NCBI GenBank assembly: GCA_977862235.1
Contig: OZ374561.1
Coordinates: 434,001 to 498,000, forward strand
Direction of reading: 5' to 3'
From: Dudresnaya verticillata
Taxonomy: Eukaryota
Length of the DNA: 64,000 bases
In this document: piece after piece, positions 56,904 to 64,000 of the stretch
Position numbering within the stretch: position 1 is the first letter of the stretch
Layout of the letters: each line of letters opens with the position of its first letter
Notes under the pieces: model-generated
Told to the model about the DNA's origin: nothing
The model's database searches: none
What the model saw: the letters and a program-made list of their open reading frames with translations, nothing else
Translations under genes and position numbers: made by a program

Positions 56904-59428
56904 CGTGTGGGCACTGGTGCGGAGTGCGCGCCACAGCGGGCGGCACGAGGTCCAACGGAAGGTTATATGTCAAAGAGGTGCGGGCGGGAATGTCGCAAAT
57001 CGCGCTTGTTTCACTTCGTGAGGTGAAGCGGAAGCGTGAATGCACGGGCGCTGGCTGGTGCTTTGCGCTTGGACTGTGAAGGCGCTTGGCACGAAACGAA
57101 ACGGATCCGGGAAGGGCCGCATGACGGAGCATCAAAGCGGAAGGATCCTCCTGCATACAGTACAGTTGATGTTACTCGTGCAACGACCCAATAATCCGCA
57201 ACTCACAATCAGGTGGAACGGCAGATATGTTCTCGGCCTTCAGCCGTGACCGCTATAGTTGCGGTTGTCGTGCCCAGGCGAATATTCCAAAAACAGGTCC
57301 GCACACTGAGTTGTCTACTGCAGCTAGACTGTCGATGCCGGCACTCGAGAATCCAGAACCAGTCTCGGTCACGCCTGTTACCCTCTTTTTGCACAGCACG
57401 TTTTTTAATTGGTTTAAACCTACCGAAATGGCTTCTTAGTAACGCATCACCAAGGAATGGTTCTGAAAAGGCTGCTTCTTCTTTCTTCATTGGTTGAATT
57501 ATTAATGCTTCATAACTACTACGCTGTTCCATTGGTTGCAGACAAGTGAGGTACCCAGCTCTCTAACTGTAGCTAACAGAAACGTTACAGTCATGACCTG
57601 CACGTGCCGGTGTAATCTCCAAGAACTGGTAGACATCGACACTTATTATTCGATACACAGGTATTTCAAGCACGAGTTTCAGCCAACTCGAACCACTTTC
57701 AAGTTGAAACTCTTATCTTATCCACTGCGCTGATAAACTGCCTCTCATGGCTGCTTGGACTATGCAGTAAGAACTATTGAGAGTGCTGCTTGCAACAAAG
57801 TTTGCACAAGGTCATGGACAAGGAGAAAGGAACCCGGCCATCAATATTGTGTGTATCCCGCACCCTGCCATTTGAAACCGAGTGTGGGAGCGTCAGGCAG
57901 TCTCACAGAGCAGTGGAGACTACTTTGACAAAGCATGAGCACCTTGCACCAAGTTGTAAGCGCAACCAACTGCGCAGAGTCACAACCCCCCAGAAATGCG
58001 TTTCGCGCCATGCCACTCAACTGTCGAAACAGTTGCTCTTCGCCAGTTCAATAAATTTTCAGCCGTCTTTGTTGGTGGCACGAATAGACGTGAGTTGAAA
58101 TACAATTTTCTGGGACCGTCGTCCATTTTATTGTGATGGCACATATGTAGTAGTTGCTCGCCCAGCTGCCAAGCGGATATGCAACCACCTTTCTACACCG
58201 CTAGTCTAAATCACAAGATTCCGTAAACTGGTTTCAGAAATGGAGATGCGCACCACTATTTATTTGCAAACTCGTAAAACGCAAAGTGGCATAATTGTGA
58301 GCACAGGTAATGTCATCTCGACAACATAATATTAATCTGGCAGAATTCCCACAAGCCTGTAGCCATAGATAAATAGAATGGAAGATTCTAAAACACAAGG
58401 TACAGATCCTTGGCGACCGTTAACATTTCAATCATGCTCCGATCGGATAAATTGCCCTCGGAAAGCCGAACTTCTTTTTCGCTGGCTTCTGTTGTACTGT
58501 ATGTTCTCAGGCCTCGTAAGGTTAAGCGCGAAAAAAAACGAGGAAACAATGCAATACCCAAAGACTGTGCGAGCTCTAGGATGCCCTAGAGATGCATGGC
58601 TTTGAGCTGAAAAGAGGTGAATCTAATGTCGAAGACGATTGTATGCGAATATAAATTATGCGACGTGAGCTGCGTGGTTGAGGCAACTGCCCCAAGGGGT
58701 AGCAACAGATGACACAGCAGGAAGGACGGACCACTTTCCGTCTGTTGCTGTTGCCGTTCGGGAGCCCTTTCTCTCAACTCATTGGACGATGCTTTTCAAC
58801 TTGTAGAAGGTGTCAAGCCCAACAAAGCACGCATTGAAAGCAGGAAGAAGACTACGCAAGGAAAAGAGGTGGTTACGATACGTGTTGCGGGGCTCGCGGC
58901 ACCCTACAATGTTCCAGTCTGACTGAGGAACACGTATTGTTGCACTGTACTTGTGATGTTGTACTTTTTCCAGCTTTAACGAGCTCTCGTACTCAGAACT
59001 TTCGTTACTTCACACATCCAGAACAGATATACTGGCGAATCGGCCAATCACCGTTCTGGATGCTCAATGTGTTGACACTGAGATCAATCATCTGTCGCGC
59101 ATCGCTGGTGCTATCCGGTGGTGCATTGAAATCATATTGACCCACGTTGAGCCTGCGGAACGCACGTTCGTGAAACGCAGATCCCTGGAAAGTCGGCGAG
59201 GTGGCCATTTTGGAGGCATAGATACCCTGCACATAGTAGACACGAAGGTGTCAGTGGCACCTCGTTAACATCTCATGAAGTTCCCCATCTTCTCCTGGAG
59301 CGACTCAACTTCGCTTGCAGGTCTTCAGACCATCTGCTTTTCACTACACAGCCGCGATTGAAGCCCACTTGGAATACTTCAACACCACAGAGTCCCCGCT
59401 AGTGCCTTGTCTCAAGTCTGCCAACGCC

Positions 59429-60865
59429 ATGAAGGTCAAACTAATCCAGCCTGGCCTTCTACTCAGTCTTTCTTTCCTCCTTTTTTCTGCACAGTTCGCA
59501 TCCGCGTTTCCAGCTGTGATCAGGGATACTTTCCGATTTCCACTTCCATCTACACTAAACCGTGAAGTACACCTCGCCACTGCGATCCGTTCGTTGCAGA
59601 ATCGCCATGCGAACGCACAAAATACCCATGTTTCTGTTCGACAAGGCGCGGATCTGGACTCTTCAGCCAACCAGCCAGTCAAGAGTGTAACACTTGATTT
59701 CTGCCAGCAGGACTCGGATTGTGTTGACCCTCTAACCTGCCAGTCCATCGCACCGGATTCTGAGGACATAAGTACCCGTGTACCGTGCATAGACGACTCC
59801 ATTGAGTGTTTCTGCTTCCCTGCGAAAGTTGTTACCTGCACTGCTTCTGATGACTGCCCTGAGCGCGAACTATGCGCGAGTCTTGGGAACCTGGACCCGT
59901 TCTGCATGTCCATCGTCATTCAAGGCTACCAACGAGACCAATTCAAGCATATCGACCCTCCACGTCCAGATACCAGCACTTCACATGGAACAAACCTTTA
60001 TCCTTGTGATTCGAACAAGGACTGCCTCGGAACTCGCGAGTGCATATTCTTACTCGGTCCTTTGAACGCTGAGTTGAAATGTCGGGTCCCAAAGAAGCAG
60101 CCTTGTTTTTGCGCACCAACTGAAAACTCAAAATGCACGAAACATGAACAATGCGACGCAGGCGAGATTTGTGGAAAGAATAGCAAGAACAACAAGAATT
60201 GTATTTCTGCCGACACTGTCGCAACCATTTCAGATCTCAGCCCTGTGGACGGGAGGAAGACAAAGCCGCCGCCTTCTAAAAAGCCTGCATCTTCTCCGAA
60301 GCCAACCATTTCTGCAGCCTTCACACCATCTCCATCTCCATCCAAACAGCCTCCTCGAACCCCCCCAAGTTCATCTCCAAAGGCTTCGCAGAGTACTGAC
60401 GCTGAAACCCCAGAGTCTACTCCTGCCCCATCTGCATCGTCTAGACCAGCACTAGCCTCTCAACCCCCATCGACGTTGGGTCCTTCACCCACTCCAGTTG
60501 TTCTAGAGACGCCAGAGGAGGTCCAAGAATCAGTATGTGTCGATGCTACGGCACTACAACATTTGAGCCCTGAGCAGCTCGTTTTCGAAAAGCATGCATA
60601 TGCTCGGGTGCTTTGTGATACTAATATGAGCTGTGCAACTAAAGGTCACATGGTTGTCTTCAAGGGGTCATCTATGATGATGAAAACCTACTGTCAGGTT
60701 GCAGGTTGTGAGGAGATGGCAATGCACGTGAACAGTCCAAAACGTGCAAGGGGATTGCGAATATCTTCAAAGACTAAAGGGCTTGAATATACGGCCTTTG
60801 CCGCAAGGCATGAGACAAGAGCTGAAGAAACATTTTTACGAACGGCAATTAGAGCAGGGTTCTAG
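59429..60865 (+). CDS. Secreted Cys-rich protein: 2 x 10-Cys repeats, linker, 109-aa C-terminal domain (gene F)
   Basis: ATG at 59429 gives signal MKVKLIQPGLLLSLSFLLFSAQFASA; repeats SVTLDFC and GTNLYPC; C-terminal domain at 60536..60865. Confidence 0.9.
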   Translation: MKVKLIQPGLLLSLSFLLFSAQFASAFPAVIRDTFRFPLPSTLNREVHLATAIRSLQNRHANAQNTHVSVRQGADLDSSANQPVKSVTLDFCQQDSDCVDPLTCQSIAPDSEDISTRVPCIDDSIECFCFPAKVVTCTASDDCPERELCASLGNLDPFCMSIVIQGYQRDQFKHIDPPRPDTSTSHGTNLYPCDSNKDCLGTRECIFLLGPLNAELKCRVPKKQPCFCAPTENSKCTKHEQCDAGEICGKNSKNNKNCISADTVATISDLSPVDGRKTKPPPSKKPASSPKPTISAAFTPSPSPSKQPPRTPPSSSPKASQSTDAETPESTPAPSASSRPALASQPPSTLGPSPTPVVLETPEEVQESVCVDATALQHLSPEQLVFEKHAYARVLCDTNMSCATKGHMVVFKGSSMMMKTYCQVAGCEEMAMHVNSPKRARGLRISSKTKGLEYTAFAARHETRAEETFLRTAIRAGF

Positions 60866-62788
60866 AGCTAAGGCTATATCTGGTGGTTTCTATGTGGCAC
60901 CTTCATCCTGAACAAACCTATGCACAGCATCCCTTGAACCAAGATATTGTGCAGCACACGCAATTTGTGCTGCGATATTCCTGTTGTGGGACACTGGTCA
61001 ACAAGTGTTCCTAGAGAAATATTGACCGTAGCAGATAAAGAACGCAAGCAATTTCCGTGAACGAGAGATAGGAGTCTCATCAGATGTTCAGGGAATGGGG
61101 TCTGGAGAAAATCGGAAACGAGGGGCCAATATTCCTTAAAGCTTCCGAACAGTTTTGATCTCTACGGTCCGTAAGCTACGGGTAGTTTTTTAAAACTCCA
61201 TTGTCCTATGTTATGGTCAAGCCAAGAGCTTGGAGAGCTTTCGACTGCGCCACCTTGTTAACGAGAGACTTCAAAGTACTCTAAGATCTCCTACGCGTTG
61301 CGTCGGTTGAGACCTATCGATGTTCCTCCATACTGTAGGAGCACAATTTTTTTGGCAAGAGCGTCGGGCTAGTGCATGTGAGCTGTTACCAGAGTATTGC
61401 GCCTCAAGCACCGTATCATAACGGTAGACCAGAAAATAAATGGCTTTGCAGTATTGAACTCTGTGCTTGCGGTATTCAGGCTTGAATGAATTCCTTGTTG
61501 CCCCTGCAAATAGAACTGTGCCCTTCTTACAGTGGCCCAGTGATGACAGTAAGAAGGGCATAGTTTTATCTGACATCAGATGCCTCTTTTGAGACTCTTT
61601 AGTGATTAGACGCATATGCACGAAATCGTCTGGGGCCGGACTGTTCTTTCAACATGGTCCAAGGTGTGATGCGCTCAAAGAATCGCTGTATCTGGGTTGC
61701 AGTATTCGCAGGTGTGTTTGCCTTGCAAAGAGGGTAGAGACTATGGGTGTTGGTCACACGCGATGCTTTGGGCATCACCTCTGCTACGAAAGAGTATAGT
61801 TTACTGCAGCATTGACAGCGTTCTGAAGCATAGCCAAAACCGAAACGACGTGGTTGCGGATGGTATCTCTGATTTAGCGTATCAGACAGGCTCGGAAGTG
61901 CAGGAACAGAAGAACCAAAACGTTCTTGGACGAGGACCTAGCACCGGAGATTGGGAGATTGTCCAAGAGAGTCTAGTAGCAGCCAGCCCGTGCTCGCATT
62001 CGAGCTGCATGCTGCACTATTGGCGCGCTGCATGCTGCACTAGTAGCGCACTTCCCCTCTACCAGCAGTGAACAGAAGCGCAATTGTTTGGTTACACACT
62101 GCATGACCATTTCGCTGCAGTTCGAAACATGATGGAAGCGAGGTCAAACGAGTTAGAACAGTCCTGGAACTAGCCAGCTAGATTCGGGACGTGTTCTAGA
62201 TTCCAGACTTGTTCTCATACTAGTAACCTGGTGGCACTCGCTCTCCTACGTAGTCGTTGACGCAACGGGAGCTCTCGAGAACGGTACTACATGCGATACT
62301 CCTGATGCAATAATCTCTCGGTAAAATCTGAACACATGGCCAGCAGACGTGATGAAAACCAATTGATGTCCTTTCTTTTTGGAGACGAGGTCCTTATCCG
62401 AGGAACATCCTTGGCAGCCGAACCCAAGTACGGAGATGTATTTCCTATGAACGGAGTGGATGCCGTCTAGTTCCCAACCCATCCTTGCAAGTGTTCAAAA
62501 CCTTGCAATTGTGCCTCTCAGGCCCCGTATCTTACGTCTGTAATGTCGAGCTCAGCCTGCAGCCATATTGTCGAATTGATGACATTAGTCTTGCCAACCT
62601 CACTCCGAGGACGACCTGGCCCTTTTGAAACCCTCTTGAGGAGTACAATGATATGCTTGCACCATGTTTCTGCTTCACAGTGCCCGTGCGAGTTGTTTAC
62701 AAAATGGCAGTCCACTTGCACTCCGTTGACTACGCTTGCATCACAATGCCAACATACAGAATATTTAACCTAAAAACCCTAAAGCACC

Positions 62789-64000
62789 TCATCCAAAGAG
62801 CTTCTGGATAGCGCTGAGAATATTGAGCTTCTCCAGATCGCCAAAGAATAGCACTCCTGAAAACGCAAGAAACAGTAGCAACGCCGTGCGGTTGATGGCG
62901 TCCTGTACGCGTGTGGAGACTGGCGCACCTCTGAGTGCTTCGATAATTAGGAAAGTCATCTGGCCCCCATCCAAAGCGGGCAAAGGAAGGGAATTGATCA
63001 ACGCCAGGTTGATGCTAATGACGGCACAAAAGGTTAGCAAAGCAGCGGTATCATTTCTCGCGAGATCGGCACCCATGGAGACAACACCAATCGGGCCGGA
63101 CAAGTTCTGGGATGACCGACTGAAGTTTGAGACAATTGACGTAAGCCCTTTCCACGTTTGCTGGCCTAGCCTCGAGAACTCCTTGTTCGCCGTCTTGACC
63201 GCCTTGAGCATTGTTGGTGGGCGTACTCGTGTCACTGTTGCATTCGGCACCAACTGCACGCCCATGGCGGAGTTTCCATCCGGCGTGCAGCACTTGGGCC
63301 GCACGCGCAGGTCAAAGTCTTTCTCGCCTCGTTGCAAGCGGAAAGACATGGGGCGGCCACGCGACGTGCGGATCTTCTCCGCAACAACGCTGGCGTTGTC
63401 CAAGGACTCCAGCACGGGCTCGCCATCAACCGCAAGGATCACGTCTCCCGGGACAATCCCCGCTTCAGCTGCGGCTCCCTGCGAATCCACGACGTTCGCG
63501 ATTGACACACCCGGTGAGAAGGCATACGTCGGAAGGCCTAGCGACGACACTGATATGAAAATGCATGCCCAGGCCAGCGCCAAGTTCGCAATCACGCCTG
63601 CGGAGATCACAATAGCACGGTCCAGCAGCGGTCGGTTCTGCAGCAGGTTCGGGTCCGGATCCGGGACCGGGTCCTCCTCTGGGTCTTCAGGCGTCGACAT
63701 ATGGTCTGGGAAAGCGACGTAACCGCCCAGCGGGAGTAGACGAAGCGTGAACTCCGTCTCAGAGTCTGGAGGGGTATAGTTGAGCAGCGGCGGTCCAAAG
63801 CCGATGGAGAAGTTCTTCACACGGATTCCTTGGAGACGAGCGGCGAGGAAGTGTCCAGATTCATGCACAAAGATTATGAAGCCTAGCAGGAAGACGCCAG
63901 CCCCGGTGCTGGCTAGCGTCGAAAGCGAGGAGAGCAGCGTGGCCGTTGGTGTCAGCCGTGTCGGAGCCGGGGGCGGTGGTGAGTCGGCGCATGGCGGCGG
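62789..64000 (-). CDS. RseP/M50 intramembrane zinc metalloprotease with PDZ domain, probably plastid-targeted; 5' end lies beyond the window
   Basis: HESGH zinc motif after a TM helix; FSIGFGP; RLLPLGGYV; ISAGVIAN; PDZ (AGIVPGDVILAVDG); LSGPIG; NSLPLPALDGG. The frame is open up to 64000. Confidence 0.93.
   Translation of the reverse strand, partial: PPPCADSPPPPAPTRLTPTATLLSSLSTLASTGAGVFLLGFIIFVHESGHFLAARLQGIRVKNFSIGFGPPLLNYTPPDSETEFTLRLLPLGGYVAFPDHMSTPEDPEEDPVPDPDPNLLQNRPLLDRAIVISAGVIANLALAWACIFISVSSLGLPTYAFSPGVSIANVVDSQGAAAEAGIVPGDVILAVDGEPVLESLDNASVVAEKIRTSRGRPMSFRLQRGEKDFDLRVRPKCCTPDGNSAMGVQLVPNATVTRVRPPTMLKAVKTANKEFSRLGQQTWKGLTSIVSNFSRSSQNLSGPIGVVSMGADLARNDTAALLTFCAVISINLALINSLPLPALDGGQMTFLIIEALRGAPVSTRVQDAINRTALLLFLAFSGVLFFGDLEKLNILSAIQKLFG

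Noticed and set aside
62518..62721. WCKHII as a SWIM zinc finger or MULE remnant
   Set aside because: The CxC part of the motif is absent and there is no flanking transposase sequence.

Overview
This is eukaryotic nuclear DNA with intron-poor, compact genes. It is most consistent with a florideophyte red seaweed, an inference from gene content and structure. The left 40 kb holds housekeeping and regulatory genes: a broken RBX1-like RING-H2 gene, DNA ligase I, an alpha/beta hydrolase, CDT1, STT3, a secreted BBE-type FAD oxidase, a 5-finger C2H2 transcription factor, a membrane protein, a DNAJC11-like co-chaperone and a SNF2/BRM remodeller. Canonical E2F sites lie upstream of LIG1 and CDT1. From 41 to 61 kb is a cluster of six secreted-protein genes plus tRNA-Ile(AAT). 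Five of the six end in the same gap-free 109-aa C-terminal domain, which begins V|C-[IV]-D after a Ser/Thr/Pro linker and contains A-T-[PK]-G-H. It is attached to two unrelated passengers: a 10-Cys repeat module (2-10 copies) and an M14 carboxypeptidase. The sixth gene, a near-identical carboxypeptidase, has a transmembrane anchor instead. My main hypothesis is that this domain is a miniaturised Hint/Hedgehog-like autoprocessing or surface-anchoring module spread by domain shuffling and gene conversion. The window ends inside an RseP/M50 protease gene.
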